A stretch of 64,000 nt of DNA from Myxococcales bacterium (GTDB lineage: Bacteria > Myxococcota_A > Bradymonadia > REDH01), in the NCBI GenBank assembly GCA_020633625.1, contig JACKDJ010000023.1, positions 531 through 64,530 of the forward strand. Reading direction: 5' to 3'. The position numbers and the translations under genes were made by a program. A model generated the notes under the pieces. That model did not search any database. It was not told where the DNA came from and saw only the letters and a program-made list of their open reading frames with translations. Each line of letters starts with the position of its first letter. Positions within the stretch are counted from its first letter, which is position 1. Below are positions 20,261 through 30,506 of this stretch, one piece after another.

Positions 20261-21091
20261 ATGCTCCGTCGAACCGATCTCCTCATTGCCTCTGCGGTCG
20301 CTTCGGCCGCGCTCACCACGGGCTGCGGCGGCGCGCCGGCGCCGACCGAGCCGGCCGCGCTCGTCGAGGCCGACCCCGTCGTCGTCGACATGTTCTCGTC
20401 AGACGAGCCGCTACCTGACTCGCTCGGCGGATCCGATCCGGCGGCCGGCGGCCACCACGGCGAGGCCGGCGGCCACCACGGCGAGGCCGGAGGCCATCAA
20501 CACGGTTTCACCGATCCCGAGGCGTGGGCCGCCCGATGGGACAACGCCGAACGCGACGAGTGGCAGCAGCCCGAACGCGTGATCGCCGCCATGGAGATCT
20601 CGCCCGGCATGACCGTCGCCGATGTCGGGACCGGCACCGGCTACTTTCTGCCGCACCTCTCGGCCGCCGTCGGCGCCGAGGGGCGCGTGCTGGCGCGAGA
20701 CGTCGAGCCGGCGATGATCGACTACGTACAGGCGCGCTGCGAGCGCGAGGGGCTCGGCAACGTCGACGCTCAGGTCATCGGGTTCGAGTCGCCGGGGCTA
20801 CCCGCCCACGGCATGGATCGCGTGATGCTCGTCAACACTTGGCACCACATCGAGTCGCGCGAGGCGTATGCCGCGGCCGTGGCCGAGACGCTGGCTCCGA
20901 ACGGCGCGCTCTACATCGTCGAATACACCCGCGATGCGCAGCCCGGCCCTCCCGCCGAGATGCGCCTCGACCCCGAGCAGGTGATCACCGAGCTCGCCGC
21001 TGGAGGGCTCACCGCCACGGTCGTCGAGCCGGCGCTCCCTCGTCAGTACGTCGTGCGTGCGGTCCTGGCGACAGAGCCCACGGCGCCTTAG
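20261..21091 (+). CDS. Class I SAM-dependent methyltransferase-fold lipoprotein with His-rich repeat
   Basis: In-frame part of ORF 19829..21091, starting at ATG 20261 (MLRRTDLLIASAVASAALTTGCGG, a lipobox). It has a GGHHGEAGGHHGEAGGHQHG repeat and a SAM-binding motif I (VADVGTGTGYF). Confidence 0.7.
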   Translation: MLRRTDLLIASAVASAALTTGCGGAPAPTEPAALVEADPVVVDMFSSDEPLPDSLGGSDPAAGGHHGEAGGHHGEAGGHQHGFTDPEAWAARWDNAERDEWQQPERVIAAMEISPGMTVADVGTGTGYFLPHLSAAVGAEGRVLARDVEPAMIDYVQARCEREGLGNVDAQVIGFESPGLPAHGMDRVMLVNTWHHIESREAYAAAVAETLAPNGALYIVEYTRDAQPGPPAEMRLDPEQVITELAAGGLTATVVEPALPRQYVVRAVLATEPTAP

Positions 21092-21130
21092 GCTTCGGTC
21101 CGCGCCGGAGGTCCCTCCGTCGACGTTCGA

Positions 21131-23233
21131 GTGCGCCCGCGCGCCAGCCAGACGACCATGCTCGAAGCCCCCTCTCTGTTCGCCGCCGCCCCCGCGCGGC
21201 CACGCGTCGCGCCAGCGCCGTACCTGCCGACGTCGCGCGCGGAGCTCGACGCGCTTGGGTGGGATGAGTGCGACGTCGTCATCGTGACCGGCGACGCCTA
21301 CGTCGACCACCCGAGCTTCGGGATGGCCGTCATCGGGCGCGTCCTCGAGGCGCACGGGTTTCGAGTCGGGATCATCGCGCAGCCGGACTGGCAGAGCGCC
21401 GAGCCGTTCACGGTGCTCGGACGTCCGCGCCTGTTCTTCGGTGTGACCGCGGGGAACATGGACTCCATGGTCAACCGCTACACCTCCGACCGTCGCATCC
21501 GGAGCGACGACGCATACACGCCCGGCGGCGCGGCCGACCGACGCCCGGATCGCGCCTCCCTCGTGTATGCGCAGCGCTGTCGGGAGGCGTTCCCCGGCGT
21601 CCCGATCGTGCTCGGTGGAATCGAGGCGAGCCTGCGGCGGGTCGCACACTACGACCACTGGTCCGAGAAGGTGCGCCGGTCGATCGCGTTCGACGCGCGC
21701 GCAGACCTGCTGCTGTATGGGAACGCCGAGCGCGCCGTCGTAGAGGTCGCCCACCGCGCCGCGGCCGGCGAGTCGCTCGACACGATGACAGACGTGCGAG
21801 GGAGCGCCTTTCCCGTCAAACACATCCTCCCCGGGTTCGTGGAGGTCGACGCGGCGGACCGCAACGCGGCGCGAGCCGCGACGATGGCTGCGCCGCGTGA
21901 GAAGACGGTCATGCGCCTGCCGTCGTTCGACGACGTTCGCGACAGCAAGGTCGCATACGCTCGGGCCTCGCGTGTGCTCCACGCCGAGACGAACCCGGGC
22001 AACGCGCGTGCGCTCGTGCAGCGGCACGGAGACCGCGAGCTCTGGCTCAACCCGCCCCCGATCCCCCTCACCACGGCCGAGATGGACTGGGTGTATGGGC
22101 TGCCCTACGCGCGGCAGCCGCACCCGCAGTACGGCGGCGCGAAGATCCCGGCCTACGAGATGATCCGCTTCTCTGTGATCATCGAGCGGGGCTGCTTCGG
22201 CGGCTGCACGTTCTGCTCGATCACCGAGCACGAGGGCCGGATCATTCAGAAGCGGTCACGCGAGTCGATCGTCGCCGAGATCGAAGAGATCCGCGACACG
22301 GTCCCGGGGTTCACCGGCGTGATCTCCGACCTTGGCGGGCCGACCGCGAATATGTATGGACTCGAGTGCAAGGACCCCGAGATCGAGGCAGCCTGCCGTC
22401 GACCCTCGTGTGTGTTCCCCGAGGTGTGCTCTAACCTCAAGACCGACCACGGCGAGCTGATCGAGCTGTACCGCGCTGCGCGCGCCGTGCCCGGCATCAA
22501 GCGCGTCAACGTCGCCTCTGGCGTGCGCTACGACCTCGCCAACGAGGACCCGCGCTACATCGACGAGCTCGTCACGCACCACGTCGGCGGCTACCTGAAG
22601 GTTGCCCCCGAGCACGTCGCCGAGGGCCCGCTCGCCGCGATGATGAAGCCGCGAGTCGCCGCATACGACCGCTTCGCCGAGCTGTTCGCGCAAGCGTCGG
22701 CGCGCGCCGGAAAGAAGCAGTATCTGATCCCCTACTTCATCGCGGCCCACCCCGGCACGACCGACGCAGACATGCTCGAGCTCGCGCTGTGGCTCAAGGA
22801 GCGCGGCATGAAGGTCGACCAGGTGCAGAACTTCCTGCCCGCGCCGATGGCGACCGCCACCGCGATGTACCACACGAAGAAGAATCCGCTGCGGAAAGTG
22901 ACCGACGAAAGCCCCGAGCTCGCAGTGCCCACCGGGGGTCGCCAGCGCCGGCTGCACAAGGCGCTCCTGCGCTATCACGACCCCGAGAACTGGGACCTCA
23001 TCCGCGAGGCGCTCGTCGAGCTTGGCCGCAGCGACCTCATCGGCAGCGGGCCGGAGTGCCTCGTCCCGAGCGCGAGCCGCGGGGGCGCTTCCGGCGGCGG
23101 TCGGCGGCAGGGCGGGAACGCGCGGGCGTCGAGCGGGCCAAGTGGACCGCGGTCGGCGCCGTCGCCCGGCGGTCACCCGCATCGCGGCCGGCCTACTCCG
23201 CCGGGGCCAGGGCCGCGTCGCGGTCGCGGCTAA
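21131..23233 (+). CDS. ygiQ: YgiQ-family radical SAM protein
   Basis: 700-aa ORF, collinear by eye with E. coli YgiQ. Shared segments are [32 protein letters not shown], the radical-SAM cluster [16 protein letters not shown], and [10 protein letters not shown]. It has a Gly/Arg/Pro-rich C-terminal tail. Confidence 0.9.
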   Translation: MRPRASQTTMLEAPSLFAAAPARPRVAPAPYLPTSRAELDALGWDECDVVIVTGDAYVDHPSFGMAVIGRVLEAHGFRVGIIAQPDWQSAEPFTVLGRPRLFFGVTAGNMDSMVNRYTSDRRIRSDDAYTPGGAADRRPDRASLVYAQRCREAFPGVPIVLGGIEASLRRVAHYDHWSEKVRRSIAFDARADLLLYGNAERAVVEVAHRAAAGESLDTMTDVRGSAFPVKHILPGFVEVDAADRNAARAATMAAPREKTVMRLPSFDDVRDSKVAYARASRVLHAETNPGNARALVQRHGDRELWLNPPPIPLTTAEMDWVYGLPYARQPHPQYGGAKIPAYEMIRFSVIIERGCFGGCTFCSITEHEGRIIQKRSRESIVAEIEEIRDTVPGFTGVISDLGGPTANMYGLECKDPEIEAACRRPSCVFPEVCSNLKTDHGELIELYRAARAVPGIKRVNVASGVRYDLANEDPRYIDELVTHHVGGYLKVAPEHVAEGPLAAMMKPRVAAYDRFAELFAQASARAGKKQYLIPYFIAAHPGTTDADMLELALWLKERGMKVDQVQNFLPAPMATATAMYHTKKNPLRKVTDESPELAVPTGGRQRRLHKALLRYHDPENWDLIREALVELGRSDLIGSGPECLVPSASRGGASGGGRRQGGNARASSGPSGPRSAPSPGGHPHRGRPTPPGPGPRRGRG

Positions 23234-24569
23234 GACGCACGAGCCGAGCTGTGAGGCCGAGCCAAACGAGGACGAGCGCGACGTTGACGCCGGCGAGCTG
23301 GCGCGGTTCGAGTGCGAAGAGCTGCAGGCACACGAAGACGAGCGCCGCCTGTAGCAGGTCACCGAGGCGAACGAAGAGTGTGTCGACGGCCTGCTTCGCC
23401 TGGTACTTCGCCTCGCGCGACGTGGGCAGCCACAGCAGCGCCTTGCCCGTGTTCATCAGCGAGTAGTCCGTCGTGTTCTCGGCCATCTTCGCGACACGGA
23501 ACAGCGCGAAGCCGGCGACTCCAGCGGCGAGCATCGTGTATGCGCCCAGCGAGACCAGCGGGAGCGCGAACAGGACGGCTGCGATGCCGCCGAACCGGAC
23601 CACCCGCGAGACGGCAAACGTCTGAACGACGAGCGTCGCGACGTTCACCCAGAAGAAGAACCCCTCGTAGAAGCTGCCGATGTAAGCACCGACGTCGGCG
23701 ATCTCGCCCGACGCCTGACCGGCCAGCGCCTGCCGCAGCACGACGTCGCTCAACAGGAACTCGCCAAGCGCGTTCACGACGTTTAGCAGCAGAACGAAGC
23801 CCGCGATGAGCCGCAGGTAGCGGTCCTCGAGCACGAGCGCGAACCCGCCGCTCGGGCGGAGCGGCTGCGAGCTCGCACGGGTCCCGTCGTCGTCTGTGTC
23901 GCCGAGCGCCGCTCGATGGACGGCAAACATGAGGGCGAGGTGCAGCACGACGAGGCCCGCCGCGACGCGCAGCATCGTCGACACGTCTGCGTCGAAGTGC
24001 GCCCGTAGCCACCCGGGGAGCAGCGCGCCGGCGGCCGCACCCGCCGTCATCCCGAAGCCGATCAGCGGGAAAAGGCGGTTCCCTTGGTCGCGGTCGTACA
24101 CGTCGTTCGCGAACGACCAGAACTGCGCCACCGTCGCGAGGCTGAACACGCCGGCCCAGACGTAGAAGACGAAGCCGAGCGACCCGAAGCTCGCCGCAGT
24201 GACCTCGCGCGACGCGGTCGCCGCCGGGCCGAGCGTCGTGACGGCGGGCGCGAAGGCGAGGAGGCAGGCGACGAAGAACGCGCCGACACCGAGAATCAGC
24301 GGGCCGCGGCCGACGCGCGCCGAGAGCCAACCGTAAGCCGGGACCAAGCCGATCAGCGCGGCCGCCTGTGCTGCCGACGCGTACGACTTCAGCTCCGCGC
24401 TCCCCGTCGCGAGCAGCAGCGGCTCGCGGGCGGACTTGATCACGTAGTACGCGCACAGCAGCACGAACACCGCGGTCGCCATCGTCAGCGCGCGCGCCCC
24501 CTCGCCGGGCCGAAGCTCGGTCACGAGGCCGAGGGCGCGATCGAGCGGTGTACGGCGGGCGGGGCGCAT
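23193..24569 (-). CDS. Tlc/Npt-like (ATP:ADP antiporter-family-like) MFS membrane transporter
   Basis: In-frame part of ORF 23193..25607, starting at the ATG at 24569 ([53 protein letters not shown]). It is about 458 aa and highly hydrophobic with multiple predicted TM helices. The N-terminal YYxxKxxREP motif resembles free-living Npt1/Npt2-type transporters. Confidence 0.55.
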   Translation of the reverse strand: MRPARRTPLDRALGLVTELRPGEGARALTMATAVFVLLCAYYVIKSAREPLLLATGSAELKSYASAAQAAALIGLVPAYGWLSARVGRGPLILGVGAFFVACLLAFAPAVTTLGPAATASREVTAASFGSLGFVFYVWAGVFSLATVAQFWSFANDVYDRDQGNRLFPLIGFGMTAGAAAGALLPGWLRAHFDADVSTMLRVAAGLVVLHLALMFAVHRAALGDTDDDGTRASSQPLRPSGGFALVLEDRYLRLIAGFVLLLNVVNALGEFLLSDVVLRQALAGQASGEIADVGAYIGSFYEGFFFWVNVATLVVQTFAVSRVVRFGGIAAVLFALPLVSLGAYTMLAAGVAGFALFRVAKMAENTTDYSLMNTGKALLWLPTSREAKYQAKQAVDTLFVRLGDLLQAALVFVCLQLFALEPRQLAGVNVALVLVWLGLTARLVRLSRDRDAALAPAE

Positions 24570-24734
24570 GTGCGAACGTCTACCCGAGGGCAGTGCGCGC
24601 GCAACTTTCCGTGGCCCGGCGTCTCGGTGAGGCCGACTGGGACCGCGACCTAGCGGGGCGCGTAGCTTGATCGCGTGGATCGGTTCGTCTAGTCGAGGGG
24701 CCCTCGCGGCCGCGCGAGGACCGAGGAGACGTAG

Positions 24735-25748
24735 ATGCCCACAGCCGCTTCGACAGTCGCGTCCGCCCCCGCGGACGGCTCGAGCGTCGAGGCCGGCCCA
24801 CTGTGGGGCCTGACGACCTACTTCAACCCCTCGCGGTACCGAACGCGCCTCGACAACTACCGCGTGTTTCGCGAGCGCAGCCGCGCGCAGGGGCTCCCCC
24901 TCGTGACGGTGGAGCTGGTGCCGGAGGGCGGCGAGCCCGAGCTCGTCGAGGGCGCCGACGCCGACGTCTTGCTCACGCCGCGGTCCAGCGCGCAGCTCTG
25001 GCACAAGGAGCGGCTCCTGAACCTGGGCCTCGCTGCGCTCCCGTCGTCGTGTCGATACGTCGCCTGGCTCGACGCCGACATCGTCTTCGAAGACGACGGC
25101 TGGGTCGCAGCGGCGTGCAGCGCCCTCGAGCGGCACGTCGTGATTCAGCCGTTCACCAACGTCGTCTGCCTGCCCAAGGACGGGACGCCGGCGCAGTTCC
25201 CCGGCTCGCGCATCGGCTGGGGACTCGGCAGGCGGATCCTGCGCGGCACGACGGAGGGCACCTACCGGGTCGCGTTCTGCGCCGAGCACCGCGTGGGCGC
25301 GACCAAGCTCCCGGGGACGACGGGCTACGCGTGGGCCGCGCGGCGCGAGCTGCTCGACGCGCACGGGTTCTACGATCGCTGTATCATCGGCGGCGGTGAC
25401 CGCGAGCTCGCTCTGGCGTTCGTACGAGCGTCTGCCCAAGTGCCCGACAGCGAGGTGCGCATCCGCCACCCGCGCCTTCGGTCGCACGTCTCGGCGTGGC
25501 ACGACGCCGTGTTCGCCGACGTTCGTGCTAACGTCGGCGCGTTGCCGGGCACCGTCCACCACTACTGGCACGGCGACTCTCGCAATCGCCGCTACGCCGA
25601 CCGCCACGAAATCCTCGAGCGCTTCGACTTCGACCCCGAGCGGGACCTCGAGGTCGACGCCGAAGGATGCTGGCGCTTCGCCCCGACCGCCGCCCCTCTC
25701 GCCGAGGCGGTGGCCGGCTACCTGAGCTCACGAAGAGAAGACGGATGA
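24735..25748 (+). CDS. GT-A-fold glycosyltransferase-like protein (function unknown)
   Basis: ORF with a GAGGAG RBS upstream. It has a TTYFNPSRYRTRLDNY segment and a DxD-like motif (WLDADIVFEDD). Confidence 0.45.
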   Translation: MPTAASTVASAPADGSSVEAGPLWGLTTYFNPSRYRTRLDNYRVFRERSRAQGLPLVTVELVPEGGEPELVEGADADVLLTPRSSAQLWHKERLLNLGLAALPSSCRYVAWLDADIVFEDDGWVAAACSALERHVVIQPFTNVVCLPKDGTPAQFPGSRIGWGLGRRILRGTTEGTYRVAFCAEHRVGATKLPGTTGYAWAARRELLDAHGFYDRCIIGGGDRELALAFVRASAQVPDSEVRIRHPRLRSHVSAWHDAVFADVRANVGALPGTVHHYWHGDSRNRRYADRHEILERFDFDPERDLEVDAEGCWRFAPTAAPLAEAVAGYLSSRREDG

Positions 25749-26374
25749 AGCCACTCCAGTTCATTCGCGACGGCCGTCGCGGCACCTCTGCGGCGTCGGC
25801 GCCCGACCTGCCCGTCTTCATGAACCCGATCGAGTTCGCGCAGCTCGCCACCGCCGCGCACGCCGTGGCGCCGAAGCGCGTCCTCGAGTGGGGGAGCGGC
25901 GGCAGCACGGCCGCGATGCTGCGCCTGCTCCCGACCGTCGAGTCGTACGTCTCGATCGAACACAACCGCGAGTGGTTCGAGCGCGTGCGCAGCCTCGTCA
26001 AGGACCCGCGTCTCGACCTGCGGCACGCGGCGCCGAGTGAGCCCGAGCCGGTCATCTCGGAGCGGCTGTCGCGGCCGAAGCGGACGGCGGCGCTCAAGGC
26101 GTGGTTCGCGCGCTGCGAAGACGAGCCGGCGCTGATGGCAGACTACGTTGCGCTCCCCGGGTCGATCCACACGAGCTACGACTTCGTGCTGGTCGACGGG
26201 CGCGCGCGAAACGCGTGCATGCGCGCCGGCTACGCGCTCCTGCGGTCGGGTGGGGTCATGGTCATTCACGACGCGCAGCGCCCCGAGTACCGCGAGACGA
26301 TCGAGTCCTATCCGCACCACCTCTTCATCGAGCCGTGGGTGCAAGGGCAGATCTGCGTGATCCCCAAGCCGTGA
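25745..26374 (+). CDS. Class I methyltransferase-fold protein
   Basis: In-frame part of ORF 25667..26374; ATG 25745 overlaps the upstream stop (ATGA). It has VLEWGSGGSTAAM (motif I-like) and FVLVDGRARNAC. Confidence 0.5.
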   Translation: MKPLQFIRDGRRGTSAASAPDLPVFMNPIEFAQLATAAHAVAPKRVLEWGSGGSTAAMLRLLPTVESYVSIEHNREWFERVRSLVKDPRLDLRHAAPSEPEPVISERLSRPKRTAALKAWFARCEDEPALMADYVALPGSIHTSYDFVLVDGRARNACMRAGYALLRSGGVMVIHDAQRPEYRETIESYPHHLFIEPWVQGQICVIPKP

Positions 26375-27969
26375 CGCAGCCCGACGGCCCACCGCCGGTC
26401 GTCTCCCGCCGCGTGAAGTCGCAGTCGGAGCAGGCGGGGATCCTCGTCCTCGGCAAGACCGCTGCCACGCTGGCCGACATCATCAGCCCGCTGCTGATCG
26501 TGCGGCTGCTGACGAAGTCCGACGTCGGTGTGTTGACGGCGCTGCTGCTGATCTTCCAGACCACCACGGTCATCGCGGCGTCGGGCTATCCGCGCACGGT
26601 CCTCTACTACCTGCCGAACCGACCGCGCGCCGAGCGCCGGGCCATCGCTTGGAAGGTCGCGCGGATCCTCCTGGCGTTCGGCGCGGTGGGCGGCGCGTTT
26701 CTGCTCGCGACGGGGCTGTTCGGCGACGCGATCACGCAGGCAGCGGCGAGCTGGGCGGCGCGCGTCTTCAATCAGCCGACGTGGGCCGAGGTCGACCCGA
26801 GCGAGGCGTCGGTCCACGCGTGGCTCCCGCTGCTCGCGCTCTACCCGGTGCTGGACCTCCCGGCGCGAATGCTCCCCAACCTCCTCATCGTCGAGGGCCG
26901 CGCCCGTGCCGCGGCGGGGACGGCGCTCGTGAAGTCGATCGGCGAGACGTCTGCGATCCTGATCGGCGCGCTGCTCGGGGTCGGCGTCGGCGGCATTCTC
27001 GCCGGTATCCTGACCTTCGCGGCCGCGTACCTGTGCCTGTTTGGCTTCTACATGGTGCGGCTCTACCGGGGAGCGCCGAAGCTGGACCGCGCCCCGGTCG
27101 GGTTTCGCGAGCTGACCGACTTCTCGCTGCCGCTCGGCATGACCGACGCAGTGAACACGCTCAACAAGGGGCTCGACCGCTACCTGGTCCTCTTTTTCTT
27201 CACCGCCGCTGCGTTCGCCGAGTACCAGGTCGGCGCTTGGCAGATCCCGGTCATCTCGACGATCGCGTACTCCGTCGGGTCGGTGTACCTGCCGCAGTTC
27301 AAGCAGCTCTTCGACGAAGGCAGGCACGGCGAGGCGATCGACATCTGGCGCGCGTCGATCACGAAGGTCGCGCTGATCGTGGTCCCCGTATCCGTCGCGT
27401 TCTGGGTCGCCGCCGATGACCTGATCGCCGGCTTCTTCACCGCCGAGTACACCAACGCGGTCCCGATCTTCCGCTGGTACACGCTGCTCACGATGGGGCG
27501 CGTCGCGTCGTACGGAGGCCCAATCCTCGCGGCGGGGCGCACCCGGTACATCTTTTACGCGTCGGTGTTCACGCTCGCCTCGAACTTCGTCGTCAGCGTG
27601 CCGCTCGCCGCGACGGTGGGGTTCGTTGGCCCTGCCATGGGGACGGCGCTCGCGTTCATCCCGACCGTCGCCTTCTACGGGTACTACACGTCCAAGGCGA
27701 CGGGCGTGCCGTTCCGGCGCACCTTCCCGCTGTTCGACTACCTGAAGGTGGTCGCCGTGGCGGTCGCGGCGGGGGCGGTCGGCTTCGCAGCGAAGAGCGT
27801 CCTCGACGTCCCCAGCGCATTGCGACTGGTCGTCACCGTCGCCGTCGTCCTTGCGGCCTTCTCGGCCATCGGCACCGCGCTCGGTCTGATCGAGCGCTCC
27901 GACTGGCGCTACGTCGGCGACTGGCTCCGGCTTCGCATCCTGCGCGACGACCCGGCCGCGAACGACTAG
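26371..27969 (+). CDS. Polysaccharide/oligosaccharide flippase (Wzx-like, MOP superfamily)
   Basis: In-frame part of ORF 26101..27969; GTG 26371 overlaps the upstream stop (GTGA). It is about 532 aa, multi-TM throughout, with an N-terminus (LVLGKTAATLADIISPLLIVRLL) typical of polysaccharide biosynthesis flippases. Confidence 0.7.
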   Translation: MTQPDGPPPVVSRRVKSQSEQAGILVLGKTAATLADIISPLLIVRLLTKSDVGVLTALLLIFQTTTVIAASGYPRTVLYYLPNRPRAERRAIAWKVARILLAFGAVGGAFLLATGLFGDAITQAAASWAARVFNQPTWAEVDPSEASVHAWLPLLALYPVLDLPARMLPNLLIVEGRARAAAGTALVKSIGETSAILIGALLGVGVGGILAGILTFAAAYLCLFGFYMVRLYRGAPKLDRAPVGFRELTDFSLPLGMTDAVNTLNKGLDRYLVLFFFTAAAFAEYQVGAWQIPVISTIAYSVGSVYLPQFKQLFDEGRHGEAIDIWRASITKVALIVVPVSVAFWVAADDLIAGFFTAEYTNAVPIFRWYTLLTMGRVASYGGPILAAGRTRYIFYASVFTLASNFVVSVPLAATVGFVGPAMGTALAFIPTVAFYGYYTSKATGVPFRRTFPLFDYLKVVAVAVAAGAVGFAAKSVLDVPSALRLVVTVAVVLAAFSAIGTALGLIERSDWRYVGDWLRLRILRDDPAAND

Positions 27970-28006
27970 GCGTTGCCTCGGCGTCGCACGCTCCAGACGT
28001 GGCGCG

Positions 28007-28978
28007 TCAGCGTCGCACGACGCGGCGGAGCGGATTGACGAGGAGCTTCGGGTGCTGCAGCCCGAACGCGATCCGTCCGGCGAGCGGCATTCGGATCAGC
28101 GCCTCGACCTCACGTGCAGCGTCGGGCCACGCCGTCGCGATGGCGCTGGCCTCGCCGTCGTCTGATGGTGCATGGGCGATGGCGCGGACCGACAGCGAGT
28201 ACGTTCCGCCGGCGTGCGTCACGGCCTCCGTCCAGCAAGCGTCAACGACGAGCCCGGCCCGCTCGAGCAGCGCCCGGGTCGACGGCTCGGCGAAGAAGTT
28301 GATGTGCGTGAGCGGCTCTCGGCGGCGCGGGATGCGGCCCGCAAGCTCGAGCGGCAGCTCGACGTACAGCGTGCCCTGCCGCGATAGCCTCCCCGCCAGC
28401 TCACGCACGACAGCGACGGGATCTGTGACGTGCTCCAGCACGTGGCTAGCAATCACGAGGTCGAAGCGGCGCTCGGCCGGCACCTCGGCGATCGTCGTCG
28501 CGAGCTTCTCGACCCCGGCGATCGTCTCGGGCGCGTAGTCGACCACCGAGCACTGGAGGCCCGCTTCGACGAAGCGAACCATCAGGCTCCCGGTTCCCCC
28601 GCCGAAGTCGAGCACGCGCACCGCGCGCCCCGCGACGCGGTCGGCGACCGCCGCGAAGAGCTCCGCCGACCGCGTGCGGTCTGTCGTCGTCACCGTCGGG
28701 TTGTGCACCGTCGTCGACGACGCGCCGCCCAGCGCGGCGTACTTGGCGGCGACCTCTTCGGCCGTCGGCCGCGGCGCGTAGATGACGAGGCCGCAGCCTG
28801 CGCAGAGGACGTAGCGCGCGACGAAGCGCTCCGTTCCGGGCGCCCAGGTCTCGAACAGGATCCTGTAGCGCTGTGCCACCCCGTCCGGCAGACCGGTCTC
28901 GCCCTTCGCGTACGACTGCCGCCCGAGCTCGCGCCAGGAGTGGCCGTCGCAGACAGGACAGGAGGGGTTTTCGATCAT
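28007..28978 (-). CDS. SAM-dependent methyltransferase with N-terminal Cys4 zinc-ribbon
   Basis: ORF 28007..29020; the start is probably the ATG at 28978 (MIENPSCPVCDG...CAGCGL). It has motif I (VLDFGGGTGS) and a downstream FDLVIASHVLEHV. Confidence 0.75.
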   Translation of the reverse strand: MIENPSCPVCDGHSWRELGRQSYAKGETGLPDGVAQRYRILFETWAPGTERFVARYVLCAGCGLVIYAPRPTAEEVAAKYAALGGASSTTVHNPTVTTTDRTRSAELFAAVADRVAGRAVRVLDFGGGTGSLMVRFVEAGLQCSVVDYAPETIAGVEKLATTIAEVPAERRFDLVIASHVLEHVTDPVAVVRELAGRLSRQGTLYVELPLELAGRIPRRREPLTHINFFAEPSTRALLERAGLVVDACWTEAVTHAGGTYSLSVRAIAHAPSDDGEASAIATAWPDAAREVEALIRMPLAGRIAFGLQHPKLLVNPLRRVVRR

Positions 28979-29222
28979 CAGCCGTCGAACGAAATGCGCA
29001 GTGTGGCGCGCAACTCTCACGAAGTTGGCTCCGGATCAACCCTAGAAGAGTCCGACGACGTCTGCGCGGCGCGGGCACAGATGCTGCCGTGTCACGCGCC
29101 ATGGCACACGCGTCGGTGCTGTGTCAGCCGAGCGCCACGGACGGCGTCTGCGCCGCGTCTGCGCGACGCTCCCACCCGCGGCCCCGCTGGACCGCCGCCC
29201 CAGCGCGCCGTAGAACGCCGGC

Positions 29223-30506
29223 GTGCGTCGCTTCCTCTACATCACGCCGTACTTTCCGCCGCAGTCGCGGGTCGGCGCGCTGCGTCCGCTGAAGTTCGCG
29301 CGCCACCTGCCGGCGCTCGGGTGGGAGCCGGTGGTCCTCGCCGACCTGCTCCCGGCCGACGCGATGGACGCGACCCTGTTCGACGCCGTGCCCGCCGGTC
29401 TCGAGGTCCGCTTCGACTACAGCGCAAAGGCGGCGCGGACCTTCGGGGCGTTTCGGGCCGGTGAGCTTCCCGCCCCGCCGTCCTCGTCCCCGGCAAAGCG
29501 ACCGTCGCGGCTCGCGGCGTGGGTCGAGCGCAACACATCCCCCGAGTGGATCCCGCTCGGGGAGCACAGCGTCGACATCCCCCACGCCGTCGCGGCAGCC
29601 AAACGGGCGCTGACAGAGGTCGCGGGCTGCGAGGCGATCGTCGTCAACGCAGACCCGTATGCGGCCCTCATCGTTGGTCGGCGCGTGGCCGCCGCCACCG
29701 GCCTGCCGCTGATCGGCGACCTCCGCGACCCGTGGGGACCGTGCGAGCTGCGCCGCCCCCAGCGCCCGGCGCCGCAGCGCGCCGCCGTCGACAGGATCGA
29801 GCGCTGGGTGATCGACGGTTGCGCGAGGTACGTCGTCAACACCGAGACCGCGCGCGCCGCCTACATCGCGCTCTACCCGGACGTCCCGCCCGAGCGCTTC
29901 GTGGTCATCCGAAACCACGGCGACGCCGACCTGATCGGGGCCGGTGAGTTCCCGCGAGGAGACCGGTTCCGCATCCTCTTCATGGGGAACTTTCGCCGCT
30001 TCGTCGAGGGCACGCAGCTCCTCGAGGCCCTGGCGAAGCTCCCGGCGCTGGGCGTGTCGCTCGAACGCGTCGAGCTCGTCGTCACGGGACGCGTGCCCGA
30101 AGACGTGCGCACGCTGGCGGACTCGCTCGGTGTCGGCGAGGCGCTCGTCTCCGCGCCGTTCGTTCCGTATCGACAGGTCGGCCCGTACCTCGAGACCGCC
30201 GACCTTCTCGTCTCGCTCTCGAACGCGACCGACCAGCGCATACCTGCAAAGCTCTTCGACTACGCGACTTCGACGCGCCCGATCCTGATCGTCGCCGACA
30301 GCGTCGAGCTCGGCGACATCGCGAAGCAGCTCGGCGGCGCCGAGCTCGTCGGCCTGACCGACGTCGACGGAATCGCGCGTGCGTTCGCGCGGAGCGTGGC
30401 GAGCGGGCGCGAGCGCGTGATCCCTCGCGAGCACGCGGGGCTCGACAGCGCGACGGCCGCGGGAGCGCTCGCGGCGGTGCTCGAAGAGGCCACATCCGGT
30501 GGGTGA
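29223..30506 (+). CDS. Glycosyltransferase (GT-B fold, family 4-like)
   Basis: 427-aa ORF with a GTG start. The N-terminus (MRRFLYITPYFPPQSRVGALRPLKFARHL) and the overall length and organisation are typical of GT4-type enzymes. Confidence 0.65.
   Translation: MRRFLYITPYFPPQSRVGALRPLKFARHLPALGWEPVVLADLLPADAMDATLFDAVPAGLEVRFDYSAKAARTFGAFRAGELPAPPSSSPAKRPSRLAAWVERNTSPEWIPLGEHSVDIPHAVAAAKRALTEVAGCEAIVVNADPYAALIVGRRVAAATGLPLIGDLRDPWGPCELRRPQRPAPQRAAVDRIERWVIDGCARYVVNTETARAAYIALYPDVPPERFVVIRNHGDADLIGAGEFPRGDRFRILFMGNFRRFVEGTQLLEALAKLPALGVSLERVELVVTGRVPEDVRTLADSLGVGEALVSAPFVPYRQVGPYLETADLLVSLSNATDQRIPAKLFDYATSTRPILIVADSVELGDIAKQLGGAELVGLTDVDGIARAFARSVASGRERVIPREHAGLDSATAAGALAAVLEEATSGG

Noticed and set aside
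24570-25607. 804-aa version of the minus-strand transporter ORF (23193..25607)
   Set aside because: The upstream 345 residues are Arg-rich and antisense to the GT-A-like gene. The hydrophobic transporter body starts at the ATG at 24569.
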